Shown: one piece after another, positions 50,443-63,377 of the stretch
How the letters are laid out: the number at the start of each line of letters is the position of its first letter
Numbering within the stretch: position 1 is the first letter of the stretch
Source of the DNA: Vicinamibacteria bacterium
GTDB lineage: Bacteria; Acidobacteriota; Vicinamibacteria; Fen-336
DNA: 64,000 nt
Assembly (NCBI GenBank): GCA_963578825.1
Contig: CAUZDW010000005.1
Location: 67,608-131,607 of the forward strand
Reading direction: 5' to 3'
Position numbers and translations under genes: made by a program
The notes under the pieces: generated by a model
Seen by the model: the letters and a program-made list of their open reading frames with translations, nothing else
Databases searched by the model: none
What the model was told of the DNA's origin: nothing

Positions 50443-50771
50443 GGCCGCTGACTATCCCACGGAGGGCGAAGCGCTTGCAAACGGCATGAGGCGCGACCGC
50501 GGCCGGGCGCATTTTTGGCGTTCGCCACGAGAGCGTCAGCCTGATGGGGCGGGGAATCCTGCCGCGCGGACTGTCTTGGACAGATCAAAAGACGTCAATT
50601 GACCGAGCGGAAACGGACTCCCGGCGGACGCGGCGCAACAAGAAGCGCCGGGACGTGTCGGAGTCCGAGACGCGGCAAAAGGCGGGCGTGAGCTTCGCCA
50701 TCGACGCCACCATCAATCCCGACTTCGGCCAGGTCGAGGGCGCGGCGAAGAATGCGCGCTAGGATCGCAGG

Positions 50772-52967
50772 GTGAGCTCTCACCGCCGACCTTTCTGGCG
50801 CTTTGCCCCCCTCCTCGCCTGGTTCGTCGCGGCCCTCGTCCTGGTTCCCCAGGCTCGACATGTCGAGGAGACCCTGGATGTCTCGGCTCGCATCCTTGGA
50901 AGCGAGTCGGCCTGCGTCGAGCGGACACTCGCGGAGCGGTTCGAGTCGCCCTTTGCCCAGAGCGCGATTCTCGTCGCCCGGGGACTGCCGAGCCCGGACA
51001 CCCCCGGCGGGGAGGAGGCGCTTCGGACGCTCGTCGACGCCCTCAAAAAACGTCCTGAGGTGAAGGGCGTCTTCTCTCACCTTGACCAGCCCGATCCCTA
51101 TTTCGTTGGAGAAGGCGAAGGGGGCACCTTCGTCGTCGTGGGGCTCGAGGCGCCAGACGCGCGCGTGGATCGTCTCCTGCCTGGTCTACGGGCGGCCACG
51201 GTAGGGATCCGAACGACCCTCCGCGAGACTTTCCCGGACGTCACGCTGCGCTGGACCGGCGAGGCCGCCATCAACCATGACCTCTGGCAGACGAGTACCG
51301 ACGAAGCTCACGCCGCCGAGCGCCGGGCGCTGCCGATAACCCTCCTCCTGCTCCTGATCGTGTTCGGCTCGGTGGTCGCGGCCTCCCTTCCAGTGGCGGC
51401 AGGCGCCCTGTCCGTCGCCCTGACCCTGGGTCTGGTGGCGCTGGCGGCGGAGCTCTGGCCGCTGTCGATCCTCGTCGTCAACGTGGTGTCGATGCTCGGC
51501 CTGGCCCTGGGCATCGACTACGCGCTCCTCACCGTGACCCGCTTTCGCGAGGCGCGGGGCGCCGGGGCCTCGCCCCGGTCCGCCGCCCGGGACGCCGCCC
51601 GTCATGCCGGCGGCACCGTGGCTCTTTCGGGGGTGGCCGTGGCCATCGGATTCTTTGCCCTCCTGCTGATTCCGCTGCGAGAGCTGCGCTCGGCGGCGCT
51701 CGGCGGCTTGCTGGTCGCTCTCGTCTCGGTGCTGGTGGCGGTCACGCTCCTGCCCCCGATCCTCGGCTGGCTCGGCGGTCGTCTCGAGGCGGGCCGGTTG
51801 TGGTCCCGCCGGTTCTCCCCTGATGGCCGTCGCTGGAGGGCCTGGGCCCGGGTCGTCTGCGCGCGGCCGTGGCTTGTTCTGCTCCTCACGGCCCCTCCGG
51901 TGCTTCTGTTGGCGGCGCAGGCCGGGCGCCTGGACCCGGGCATCCCCACCGGCCCCTGGCACCCGCCGTCCATGGAGTCGGCGCGAGCCATCGAAGACCT
52001 CCGCGCTCTGGGGCGCGGAGGTGTGGTCCAGACTCTCCGCGTCGTGCTCCATCTTCCCGAGACGACGACGGCCCTGGAGAGCGAGGGCTGGGAGGCCCAG
52101 AGACGTCTCGAGTCGTGGCTCCTCTCCCAACCCGTCGTAGCCCGGGTCCAGTCCCTTCGCTCCGTCGCGGGAGAGCGGGCCGACGACCTGGCGTACATGG
52201 CTCTCCTCCCCGCCGCGGCCAAGCGCCCCTTTGTCGACGGGCTCGGTGAGGCGGTCCTGCTCGAGGCCGTCCCTCGGGAGGATGCCGACCCGGCGAAGCT
52301 TTCCGAGCTGGTGCGCTTGCTGCGAGCGATGGATGCGGCGGGCGCGAGCGGTCTCGCCGACACCCGGATCGAGGTGGGTGGTCTCCCGGCGTTCAACACC
52401 GACTACGAGGACGCGGTCGCCGGACGACTCGGCCTGGTCGTGCTGCTGGTCGTGGGCGCGACGCTTCTTGCCCTTTTCGTCGCCTTTCGCTCGGTCCTGG
52501 TGCCTCTCAAGGCAGTGGCTCTCAACCTGCTCGCGGTGTCGGCTGCCTTCGGAGCGCTGGTCGTCGTCTTTCAGGACGGAATCGGCCTGAGCCTGCTGGG
52601 CCTCGACGCCCCGCTGGACGGCGTGTTCCCGATCATCCCGCCCCTGGTGTTCTGCACCGTCTTCGGCCTCTCGATGGACTACGAGGTCTTCCTGGTGGCC
52701 CGGGTGGCCGAGGCTCGGCGCTCGGGCCTGTCCGAGGAAGATGCTCTCGCCGAAGGTCTCGCCCGCACCGGGGGTGTCATCACCAGCGCCGCCGCCATCA
52801 TGATCGCGGTGTTCGCCTCCTTCGCCCTGGGCGAGTTCGTCCTGATGAAGATGCTCGGCTTCACGCTGGCCGTGGCCGTCTTCCTCGACGCGACGATCAT
52901 TCGCGTGGCGATCGGCCCCGCCCTCCTCCGCCTCGCCGGCCGCTGGAACTGGTGGCCCGGGCGCTGA
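50772..52967 (+). CDS. MMPL/RND-superfamily membrane transporter
   Basis: Two 6-TM bundles with SSD-like repeats and large periplasmic loops; 731 aa. Confidence 0.8.
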   Translation: MSSHRRPFWRFAPLLAWFVAALVLVPQARHVEETLDVSARILGSESACVERTLAERFESPFAQSAILVARGLPSPDTPGGEEALRTLVDALKKRPEVKGVFSHLDQPDPYFVGEGEGGTFVVVGLEAPDARVDRLLPGLRAATVGIRTTLRETFPDVTLRWTGEAAINHDLWQTSTDEAHAAERRALPITLLLLLIVFGSVVAASLPVAAGALSVALTLGLVALAAELWPLSILVVNVVSMLGLALGIDYALLTVTRFREARGAGASPRSAARDAARHAGGTVALSGVAVAIGFFALLLIPLRELRSAALGGLLVALVSVLVAVTLLPPILGWLGGRLEAGRLWSRRFSPDGRRWRAWARVVCARPWLVLLLTAPPVLLLAAQAGRLDPGIPTGPWHPPSMESARAIEDLRALGRGGVVQTLRVVLHLPETTTALESEGWEAQRRLESWLLSQPVVARVQSLRSVAGERADDLAYMALLPAAAKRPFVDGLGEAVLLEAVPREDADPAKLSELVRLLRAMDAAGASGLADTRIEVGGLPAFNTDYEDAVAGRLGLVVLLVVGATLLALFVAFRSVLVPLKAVALNLLAVSAAFGALVVVFQDGIGLSLLGLDAPLDGVFPIIPPLVFCTVFGLSMDYEVFLVARVAEARRSGLSEEDALAEGLARTGGVITSAAAIMIAVFASFALGEFVLMKMLGFTLAVAVFLDATIIRVAIGPALLRLAGRWNWWPGR

Positions 52968-52972
52968 CGCGC

Positions 52973-54305
52973 CTAGAAGAACAGCCGCAGGGTCGCCAGG
53001 AACTCGTCGTGCTTGATGGGCCGTTTCGCGCCGATCTTGTTGTGGGTGTACTCGAGGGTCAGGTCGCGGTGGTCGATGATCGTCGTGCGCAGCCCGAAGT
53101 CGTATTTCTCCCAGTCCCAGAGCGCGCTCAGCGTGATGAAGGTCCGCGAAGCGGTCCAGTCGTTGTCCAGGCGAGAGTAGCGAAAGACCGGCTGGATTGA
53201 CGGGAAGAGGGCGGTCGGGTCCCCGAGGTCGCCGGTGACGAGCCGATAGCTGGCCTCGACCTCGAACCCCGTCCGCGGGAGGCTCGCCGACTCCTCCTTG
53301 ACGTACTGGGCGAAGAGGGCGAAGCCTCCGAGCCGGACGTCCAGGTTCGCACCGTACTCGGTGCGCTCGTTCCCCTCGAGCTGGTCCGGCGGGAAGCCGG
53401 CCCCGCGGAGCAGCTCCAGGTCCCCCTGGTAGAAGGTGCCGTTCAGGTGGGTCTCGTCGGGAATCGTCGCCTGGTAGTAGAAGCCGAGGATGTCCACGCC
53501 GAACCCCTCGTCCTCGCTCAGCCAGCGCAGGCCGGCCCCGCTCCCGAACTCGAACTCGTCGTCGATTTGAAGGTCCTCCACCTCCGCGTGGTAGAAGATC
53601 GGGAAGCCCGAGCCGAGCTCGCGAACGGGATTGGGCGGGGGAGTGGTCCCGTTGTCTCCCGCCAGGGCGTTGGGGTCGCGCAGGAAGATCGGGTGCCCGT
53701 CGGAGACCTGGCCGAAGAAATAGATGTTCGACCCGAGAGAGCCGCCGACCTGCAGCATGAGGTCGGGAAACCGGTTGAACGCGGTGGAGACCAGCCCGTA
53801 GGTCTCCATCCTGCGGGCGATCTGCGCTCGAACTTGGGTGCTTTCCCGAGGAGGGCATAGAAGGACGACCCGTCGATGGGTTGGAGCGACTGCTGCCGCG
53901 GGCCGAAGGCGATCCAGGCCTCGTCGACGTCGATCTTCTTGTCGGTGCTGGTGGGGGTTCTGTCGTAGAGATCGATGAAGTCGATCTTGATGCGACCGCT
54001 GATCCCCCGGGGCAGCTCCAGGTCGAAGTAGACGATGGCCTTGCTCACCTCGAGGGAGGAGCCGGGGGCCACGGTTGACAGAGCCACGTTGTCCTGTCCC
54101 TGCGGAACGAATTCCGGCGGGAACGGCGTGAAGACCGGGAAGCGGTCGCTCTCCGACTAGCGGTAGTTCACCTTCAACTCGGCAGAGACGTCCAGGAAGA
54201 CGCCATCGTCGGCGGCATCGGGCTCGAAATCGTCTTCGTCCTGCGCCCCAGGGCGCACGGCGCGCGAAGGGCGATCGCCAGCATGGGGACGTTCAGCCGT
54301 CGCAT
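52973..54305 (-). pseudogene. Outer-membrane beta-barrel protein gene (C-terminal ...RLFF) disrupted by two frameshifts (~54246-54249 GGGG run; ~53811-53835) and an in-frame TAG at 54157-54159
   Basis: Signal peptide MRRLNVPMLAIALRAPCALGAQ. The three reading frames stitch into one beta-strand-rich protein. The intact terminal piece is ORF 52973..53809. Confidence 0.55.
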
Positions 54306-54348
54306 GTGGGTTGCTCCTTGTTTCGCCGGGTCAAGCGATCGACGTATT

Positions 54349-55920
54349 CTACTCGACCGCTTCCTTCTCGAAGTCGGTGGGCTGCACCCAGCCCGCGTTC
54401 AGATCCTCACCTCGCATGAAGCGCTCGTAGAATCCCCGTCCGCTCTCGCCCGAGTAGAGATACTCGTCGAAGACGTGACCCTCCCCGATCACCCGGGGGT
54501 CGGCCTGCGCTTCGAGCGCGTCCAGGAGCCGTCCGCGCAGCTGCCTCTTGCGCACCGCTTGAGCTGGATCCGCGGCCAGGTCGTCGAGGCAGGCCGGATC
54601 GCGTTCCAGGTGGTACAGCTCTTCTCGCGGGCGCTTCCCGAAGCTCGACGCCCAGTAGCGGGCGTTGGCGCCGCTTCTGCGCATGTCGAGTATCTCCGTC
54701 TTCGTCGGGCTGCCATCGGTGTTGAGATACCCGGTCTCGGGGTTGCCGGCGGGCCAGCGGTCGGGCTCGAAGTTGAGGAGGAACAGCCAGCCGTCCGTCA
54801 CGATGCCTCGGATGGGATACCCCTGGTCGTTCGGCCGTCCCACGTCGTGGCGTTCCTTGCCGACCAGGACGTGGTCGCGTGGCGGGACGGCCCGACCGGT
54901 TCGAAACAGATCGGTGAGGCTCCGGCCCTCGATCGGCTGCATCCCGCTCTGCTGCTCATCGACCCCGGCCACCTCCAGAAAAGTCGGAGCGAAGTCGACG
55001 AAGCTCACGAAGTCCCCGACCGTCCGCCTCGGGCGATCGATCCCTGCCGGCCACCTGACGGCCAGGGGCATGTGATTGGATGTCTCGTACGCCTGCCCCT
55101 TCGCCCGGGGGAAAGGCATTCCGTTGTCCGAGGTCACGACGACCAGGGTCCGGTCCAGCTCGCCCTCCTCCTTCAGGAGCGCCAGCATCCGCTGCAGGTG
55201 CCGATCGAAGTGCTCGATCTCGAAGGCGTAGTCGAGCATGTCGGTGCGGACCGTGTCGCTGTCGGGCCAGTATGCCGGCACGGCGTCGACATCCGACGGC
55301 TGTCGACCGTCGTCACCGACTCCGACACCGAACTCGTAGGCGCGGTGGGGCTCGAGACCTCCGTACCAGAAGCAGAACGGTTGCTCCTCCTCTCGTGCCT
55401 CGAGAAACGCTTCGAAGTTGGCGGCGTAGTCGTTGTCGGAGACGTGCTCTGCCGGCGGCGTGGTCTTGTGGGCCTGAAACGCCCTGCCCGCCAGCTCCCT
55501 CGGCCGGCCGTCGATCTCTCCAGCCTTGCCCGGCGCCCAGCCCTTTCCTGTGTAGCCGACGTGATAGCCATGCTCCGAGAGCGCCTCGGCGTAGGTGCGG
55601 AACTCCTCCGGAAAGTAGGGCCAGTGGTTCGCAGCTGCTCCCAGCTGCCAGGAGTGCCGCCCCGTGAGGATGATCGAGCGCGACGGCGCGCACTTGGCGT
55701 TGGGTGTGTACGCCCGGGAGAAGAGCAAGCCTTCCCGAGCCACGCGATCGAAGCCGGGCGTGCTCACCCACGACGTCCCGTACGCACTCATGTGAGGAAA
55801 CGAGATGTCGTCGGCGACGGCGAAGAGGATGTTCGGGCGGGGCGCGGGTGCTTCCGGCTCGCCGGCACAGCAGCCGAGAGTGAGCGCGAAGAGCAGAAGG
55901 CCGACAGGGAGTAGCCGCAT
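54349..55920 (-). CDS. Formylglycine-dependent sulfatase (S1 family, N-sulfoglucosamine/arylsulfatase-like), secreted
   Basis: [12 protein letters not shown] (C-x-P-x-R) motif; signal peptide [20 protein letters not shown]. The longer track ORF is an upstream over-extension. Confidence 0.85.
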   Translation of the reverse strand: MRLLPVGLLLFALTLGCCAGEPEAPAPRPNILFAVADDISFPHMSAYGTSWVSTPGFDRVAREGLLFSRAYTPNAKCAPSRSIILTGRHSWQLGAAANHWPYFPEEFRTYAEALSEHGYHVGYTGKGWAPGKAGEIDGRPRELAGRAFQAHKTTPPAEHVSDNDYAANFEAFLEAREEEQPFCFWYGGLEPHRAYEFGVGVGDDGRQPSDVDAVPAYWPDSDTVRTDMLDYAFEIEHFDRHLQRMLALLKEEGELDRTLVVVTSDNGMPFPRAKGQAYETSNHMPLAVRWPAGIDRPRRTVGDFVSFVDFAPTFLEVAGVDEQQSGMQPIEGRSLTDLFRTGRAVPPRDHVLVGKERHDVGRPNDQGYPIRGIVTDGWLFLLNFEPDRWPAGNPETGYLNTDGSPTKTEILDMRRSGANARYWASSFGKRPREELYHLERDPACLDDLAADPAQAVRKRQLRGRLLDALEAQADPRVIGEGHVFDEYLYSGESGRGFYERFMRGEDLNAGWVQPTDFEKEAVE

Positions 55921-56306
55921 CGTGCCGGCATTATCCCTCCTGCTCGGGAGCCGCGGGGAGGACCGGCACCGAATCGCTGGCGGAGCTGATCGCCAGCGCC
56001 GCGTCAGAGATCCGGTCGTTCGGTCGGGGGGTGCTTGCCCGGCCCGGGGAGGCTCTCCCACCAGACATCCGGTTTCGCCCGGAGCTCGTCGAGGGATCGA
56101 GAAGGTCTAGAGCCCATACGTACTGACAGACGGATCCGGCGTTCACAAGCAACGTCTGGCCGGAACATGGACGCCCCCGAGGACCGTGCTGGGTGGCGTG
56201 CCCGCCCATCCATCCACAGGCCATCCACACCTTCTCGACAGCCGCTCGACAGCAAGCCCACAGGGCATCAACAGGATCTCCACATCGGCAGGAGGCCCGG
56301 GATCGG

Positions 56307-56334
56307 TTGAACGTGGGCGGAGGCGCGGTAGACT
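56307..56334 (+). promoter_or_regulatory. Candidate promoter TTGAAC-16nt-TAGACT ending 7 nt before the kgd ATG (leaderless transcript predicted)
   Basis: Read directly from the sequence; no SD upstream of the ATG at 56342. Confidence 0.3.
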
Positions 56335-56341
56335 GCCGGAA

Positions 56342-59300
56342 ATGAGCTCCCAGCCGGACCCCCTGCTCGACAAGCTCGTCGGCGACTTCGGAGGGAACTA
56401 CGCCTTTGCCCTCGATCTCCTGGGGGAGTACCGCCAGGATCGCAAGAGCGTCGAGCCGAGCTGGCGCACGTACTTCGATGCGGCGCTCGGCGTCCCTCCG
56501 GAGCCCGAGACGCCGCCCGTGACGGTGATCGTCAACGAGGCCGCTCCGGACCCGTCGCCGACCGTGCGCGAGTCTCGCGCCGAGGCTCGGCCGACCCTCG
56601 CGCGTCGCGACGTGCCCGCGGCCCCTGCCGGCTCGCGCTCGAAAGCGATCGCTCCCGTTTCGATCCTGCCCGGGGACATCCTCCAGCCGATCCGCGGAGG
56701 GGCGGTCCGGCTCGTCGAGAACATGGAGGCCTCGCTTTCCGTCCCGACCGCCACATCGGTTCGCACCATGCCCGTGCGGACCGTCGAGGAGAACCGTCGC
56801 CTTCTCAACAAGCACCGGCAGTCCGCCGGGCAAAACAAGATCAGTTTCACCCACATCGTGGCCTGGGCGATCCTCCGCTCGCTCGACACGTTTCCCCGGC
56901 TGAACGACGCCTACGCCATGGTCGACGGCGAGGCGCACCGCATCCAGCGCGACCAGGTCCGGCTGGGGATCGCCATAGACGTCCAGCGCAAGGACGGGAC
57001 ACGCACGCTGCTCGTCCCCAACATCAAGGATGCCCGGACGCTCGACTTCAAGGAGCTCGTTCTTGCATTCGACGATCTCGTGGCTCGCTCTCGAAAGGGC
57101 GCCATCTCCCCCGACGACTTCATGGGCACCACGGTCTCGCTCACGAACCCGGGCACCATCGGGACCACGTCCTCCGCCCCCCGTCTGATGCCGGGCCAGG
57201 GTCTCATCGTCGCCATCGGTGCGCTGGACTATCCGGCGGAGTATCGGTCGATGGCCCCACGCACACTGGGCCTTCTGGGGATCAGCAAGGTCATGACGGT
57301 GAGCTCGACGTACGACCACCGAATCATCCAGGGCGCCGAGTCCGGTCTGTTCCTCTCGCGGATGGAGGAGCTGCTCAAGGGGGAGGACGGGTTCTACGAG
57401 CGGATGTTCGGAGACCTGGGGATGCCCCACCGGCCGGTCCACTGGGAGATGGACTCGACACCCGCGCTCATGGGAGGGCCGGGCAACAGGGAGGACGTGG
57501 AGAAGCAGGCGAAGGTGCTCCAGCTCATCCACGCCTATCGCGTCCGCGGGCACCTCGTCGCGGACCTCGACCCCCTCGATCGCCACCGGGCGCCTCACCA
57601 GGACCTTGACCCCGCGACCTACGGGCTCACCCTGTGGGATCTCGACCGGGAGTTCCTGACCGGTGGCTACACCGGGGTCCACTCCGAGGATCGGGCCACG
57701 CTCAGGGAGATGCTGGACACCCTCCGGGCCACCTACTGCGGGACCGTCGGGGTCGAGTACATGTACATCGCCGACCCTGAGCGGAAGGCCTGGATCCAGC
57801 AGCGCATGGAATCCACCCGCGGCCCGGCGCTCGACGACGCCTCCAGGAAGCGGCTGCTCGAGAAGCTGGTGGAGGCGGAGGCCTTCGAGCGCTTCCTCCA
57901 CGCCCACTACGTCGGGCACAAACGTTTCTCTCTCGAAGGCGGGGAGGCGCTCATCCCCCTGCTCGACAGGATCCTGGACGACGCCACCGGGCAGGGGATA
58001 CGCGAGGTCGTGATCGGCATGTCCCACCGGGGCCGGCTCAACGTCCTGGCCAACACCGTGGGCAAGTCGCTCTCCCAGATCTTTGCAGAGTTCGAGGGCA
58101 ACGACCCGACGTCCTATCAGGGCTCCGGCGACGTGAAGTACCACCTCGGCGCCACCGGCACTCACCACACGGACACGGGCGAGACACTCGCGGTGAGCCT
58201 CGCCCCGAACCCGAGCCACCTCGAGTTCGTGAACCCCGTGGTCGAGGGAATGGTGCGGGCGAAGCAGGACGCGCTCGGCGATCGCGACCACGCCCGGGTG
58301 CTTCCGCTGCTCCTCCACGGCGATGCGGCTTTCGCCGGACAGGGGGTGGTGGCCGAGACCATGCACCTCTCCCAGCTCCACGGCTACCGCACCGGGGGAA
58401 CGATCCACGTGGTCGTGAACAACCAGATCGGGTTCACCACGCTGCCCGAGGACGCCAGGAGCTCGACCTACGCCACCGACGTGGCCAAGATGGTTCACGC
58501 CCCCGTGTTCCACGTGAACGGGGACGATCCGGAGGCCGTCGCGTACGTCGCGGGGCTGGCCCTCGAGTATCGGCAGAGATTCCGACGAGACGTGGTCGTG
58601 GATCTCGTCTGCTACCGGCGCTGGGGTCACAACGAAACCGACGAGCCCAGCTACACCCAGCCGCTGATGTACGCCAGGATCAGGGACCATCCGTCGGCGG
58701 CGACGCTGTACGGCGAACAGCTCGTCCGCGGGGGAGTGTTGAGTGGTGAGGAGCGCGACGCTGTCTGGGCCGAGAAGAAGGCGGCTGTCCGGTCCGAGGA
58801 AGAGCCTGCGACCGAGCCCTTCGCCGCAATAGCCCGGCGCGAGCCGGCGGACCCGGCACCGGTGGATGCCGCCGCAATGCGAGGCCGCCTGCGCACCGTC
58901 CTCGAGGCGCTGAGCAGTCTCCCCGACGGGTTCGAGATCCATCCCAAGCTCGTGCCCTTCGTCCGGAAACGGGGCGAGGTGCTCGATGGCAAGGGAGCTG
59001 TCGACTGGGCGACCGCGGAGTCACTGGCCTGGGGCACCCTGCTCCTCGAGGGCATCCCGGTGCGGCTGTCGGGACAGGACTCGGGCCGGGGCACGTTCTC
59101 GCAGCGTCACGCCATTCTCTACGAGGCGCGCACCGGCGCCGAGCACGTCCCGCTGAACGCTGCTGCCGGCGGCGGGGCCCGCCTCGAGGTCTACGACTCG
59201 CTCCTCTCGGAGGCCGCGGTCCTCGGATTCGAGTACGGCTACTCGGTGGCCGAGCACCGCACGCTCGTGCTCTGGGAGGCCCAGTTCGGCGACTTCGTGA

Positions 59301-60031
59301 ACGGCGGCCAGGTCATCATCGACCAGTTCCTGTCCGGCTCAGAGCAGAAGTGGGGGCAGCCGAGCGGCCTGGGCCTTCTGCTGCCCCACGGGCACGAGGG
59401 GCAGGGACCCGAGCACTCCTCGGCGCGCATCGAAAGGTTCCTCATCCTCTGCGCCGAGGACAACATGCGGGTCGTCTACCCGTCGACTCCCGCGTCGTAC
59501 TTCCACATCCTCCGGTGGCAGGCCCGCGACCCGGTCGAGAAGCCCCTCGTGGTCTTCACTCCCAAGAGCCTCCTGAGAAACCCGAGGTGCGTGTCCTCGC
59601 TGAACGAGCTGGCCGAGGGCGGCTTTCGACCCGTTCTCGACGACCGGGGCGCCGATCCGGCACGAGTCCGTCGCCTCGTCTTCTGCTCCGGGAAGGTCTA
59701 CTACGACCTCGCGCTTGCCCGGGAGAAGTGGGGCCACACCGACGTGGCGCTGGTCCGGCTCGAGCAGATCTATCCCTTCCCGGCCGCTGAGATTCAGGAG
59801 ACCCTGGCGCGGTTCTCGCCCGAGGCCGAACTCTTGTGGGCGCAGGAAGAGCCCCGGAACATGGGGGCCTGGCGCTTCGTGCGTGACAGCGTGCTCGACG
59901 GGGCGATCGATGTCGGTGGGCGATCGCTGGGCTACGCGGGGCGGGCGGCCTCCGCCGCGCCGGCCCCGGGCTCGCTCAGGGCCCACCTCGCCGAGCAGGA
60001 AGAGCTCGTCCGCAAGGCGCTCCAGCCATAG
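56342..60031 (+). CDS. sucA: 2-oxoglutarate dehydrogenase E1 component fused to an N-terminal E2-type acyltransferase domain (actinobacterial Kgd/OdhA architecture)
   Basis: 1229 aa. The N-terminal part carries an E2 catalytic core (NKISFTHIVAWAI...TVSLTNPGTIGT). The remainder is collinear with SucA (ThDP-binding region GQGVVAETMHLSQL). Confidence 0.9.
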   Translation: MSSQPDPLLDKLVGDFGGNYAFALDLLGEYRQDRKSVEPSWRTYFDAALGVPPEPETPPVTVIVNEAAPDPSPTVRESRAEARPTLARRDVPAAPAGSRSKAIAPVSILPGDILQPIRGGAVRLVENMEASLSVPTATSVRTMPVRTVEENRRLLNKHRQSAGQNKISFTHIVAWAILRSLDTFPRLNDAYAMVDGEAHRIQRDQVRLGIAIDVQRKDGTRTLLVPNIKDARTLDFKELVLAFDDLVARSRKGAISPDDFMGTTVSLTNPGTIGTTSSAPRLMPGQGLIVAIGALDYPAEYRSMAPRTLGLLGISKVMTVSSTYDHRIIQGAESGLFLSRMEELLKGEDGFYERMFGDLGMPHRPVHWEMDSTPALMGGPGNREDVEKQAKVLQLIHAYRVRGHLVADLDPLDRHRAPHQDLDPATYGLTLWDLDREFLTGGYTGVHSEDRATLREMLDTLRATYCGTVGVEYMYIADPERKAWIQQRMESTRGPALDDASRKRLLEKLVEAEAFERFLHAHYVGHKRFSLEGGEALIPLLDRILDDATGQGIREVVIGMSHRGRLNVLANTVGKSLSQIFAEFEGNDPTSYQGSGDVKYHLGATGTHHTDTGETLAVSLAPNPSHLEFVNPVVEGMVRAKQDALGDRDHARVLPLLLHGDAAFAGQGVVAETMHLSQLHGYRTGGTIHVVVNNQIGFTTLPEDARSSTYATDVAKMVHAPVFHVNGDDPEAVAYVAGLALEYRQRFRRDVVVDLVCYRRWGHNETDEPSYTQPLMYARIRDHPSAATLYGEQLVRGGVLSGEERDAVWAEKKAAVRSEEEPATEPFAAIARREPADPAPVDAAAMRGRLRTVLEALSSLPDGFEIHPKLVPFVRKRGEVLDGKGAVDWATAESLAWGTLLLEGIPVRLSGQDSGRGTFSQRHAILYEARTGAEHVPLNAAAGGGARLEVYDSLLSEAAVLGFEYGYSVAEHRTLVLWEAQFGDFVNGGQVIIDQFLSGSEQKWGQPSGLGLLLPHGHEGQGPEHSSARIERFLILCAEDNMRVVYPSTPASYFHILRWQARDPVEKPLVVFTPKSLLRNPRCVSSLNELAEGGFRPVLDDRGADPARVRRLVFCSGKVYYDLALAREKWGHTDVALVRLEQIYPFPAAEIQETLARFSPEAELLWAQEEPRNMGAWRFVRDSVLDGAIDVGGRSLGYAGRAASAAPAPGSLRAHLAEQEELVRKALQP

Positions 60032-60132
60032 AGAACAAGGGGCTGCCCCGGGCCGGCGGAGGTTATACTCCCCCTGAGGAGCGCTTTCATGACGAGGGCC
60101 TGCACGGGCCCTCGCGGCTTCAGGAAAGGACG

Positions 60133-61994
<1,862 letters not shown>

Positions 61995-61998
<4 letters not shown>

Positions 61999-63020
61999 CA
62001 ACGAGCGCGACGCTGCCCGTGTACAAGAAGAAGGACTTCCAGAGCGACCAGGACGTCCGATGGTGTCCCGGCTGCGGGGACTACGCGATTCTCTCCGCCG
62101 TTCAGTCGGTCTTCCCCGAGCTCGGGGTCCCGAAGGAGAAGTTCGTGGTGGTCTCGGGCATCGGCTGCTCTAGCCGGTTTCCCTACTACATGAACACCTT
62201 CGGCTTCCACACCATCCACGGACGTGCGCCCGCCCTCGCCACCGGGATCAAGATCGCTCGGCCGGATCTCGAGGTCTGGCTGGCCACGGGCGACGGCGAC
62301 GCGCTTTCGATCGGCGGGAACCACACGATCCACATGTTGCGCCGCAACGTCGGGATCAAGGTGCTGCTCTTCAACAACCGGATCTATGGCTTGACGAAGG
62401 GCCAGTACTCCCCGACGTCGGAGCTGGGGAAGAGGGCGAAGTCGACGCCCTACGGATCCCTCGACCGACCCTTCCAGCCACTGTCGCTGGCCCTCGGGGC
62501 GGAGGCGACTTTCGTGGCCCGCTCGGTGGACATCTTTCAGCCTCACCTGAAAACGGTCCTGAGAAAGGCGGCCGCCCACACCGGCTCGGCCTTCGTCGAG
62601 GTGCTGCAAAACTGCAACATCTTCAACGACGGGGCCTGGGAAACCCTGACCGAGAAGGGGTTACGGGACGAGCACACGATTGTCCTCGAGCACGGGAGCC
62701 CGCTCGTCTTCGGCAAGGAGCGTGACAAGGGGATCCGCCTGAACGGACTCGACCTCGAGGTGGTGAAGCTGGAGGGCGGCGTGAGCGAAGGGGACCTGCT
62801 CGTCCACGACGAGCGCAACCCCAACCCGGCCTATGCGTTCCTTCTCTCGCGGATGGATGCGGACCTGGGCTTCCCCACGCCGATCGGGGTGCTGAGGGCG
62901 GTCGACGCACCCTGCTACGAGGAGGACATCGCCGAGCAGATGCGGGCCGTGACCGAGAAGAAAGGCGAGGGCGATCTCGCTGCGCTGCTCCATGCCGGCG
63001 ACACCTGGGAAGTGAAGTAG
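61995..63020 (+). CDS. korB: 2-oxoglutarate:ferredoxin oxidoreductase beta subunit
   Basis: WCPGCGDYAIL...GIGCSSRF ThDP/Fe-S region; ATGA overlap with the korA stop. Confidence 0.85.
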
Positions 63021-63341
63021 CACTTTCGCCGCAGGTTCCCTCTTGCAATCCGGCGGCGTCAGGCCGATCTTCCAGACAGAGAGAGCACCCGACACCACCA
63101 CGCCCAAGGAGGTCATAACGGGCGAGTGCCCTCTTCGACGGAGAGCGCCAGGGTTGGTCGCGCGCGGGGCGCACCCGATGCCGGCGCCTTGGGGCTTCCC
63201 CCAAACGCAAGGAGCGCACGTGGGAGCAGAGGACAGTCCGCCGGTGTGGGCGGCGGGCCGGAAGGCCTGAACCGACCGTTCGAGTGAACGAATGAAGCGC
63301 ACCCATGGTGCGCGGGGCGAGAATGCCCCATTTTCGAAAGA

Positions 63342-63377
63342 CCCGGGAGTGCAATGCTCCCGGGTCTTTCCTTTATT
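63342..63377 (+). terminator. Rho-independent terminator CCCGGGAG-TGCAATG-CTCCCGGG followed by TCTTTCCTTTATT
   Basis: 8-bp GC stem plus T-rich tail. Bidirectional relative to the convergent minus-strand gene ending at 63373. Confidence 0.6.

Noticed and set aside
51186-53858. 890-aa minus ORF antisense to mmpL
   Set aside because: Low-complexity R/G/P/E-rich; mmpL has coherent TM topology on the plus strand.
55931-58942. 1003-aa minus ORF antisense to kgd; also 59932..62001 antisense to kgd/korA
   Set aside because: The plus-strand genes are unambiguous by homology; antisense ORFs are GC-frame artefacts.
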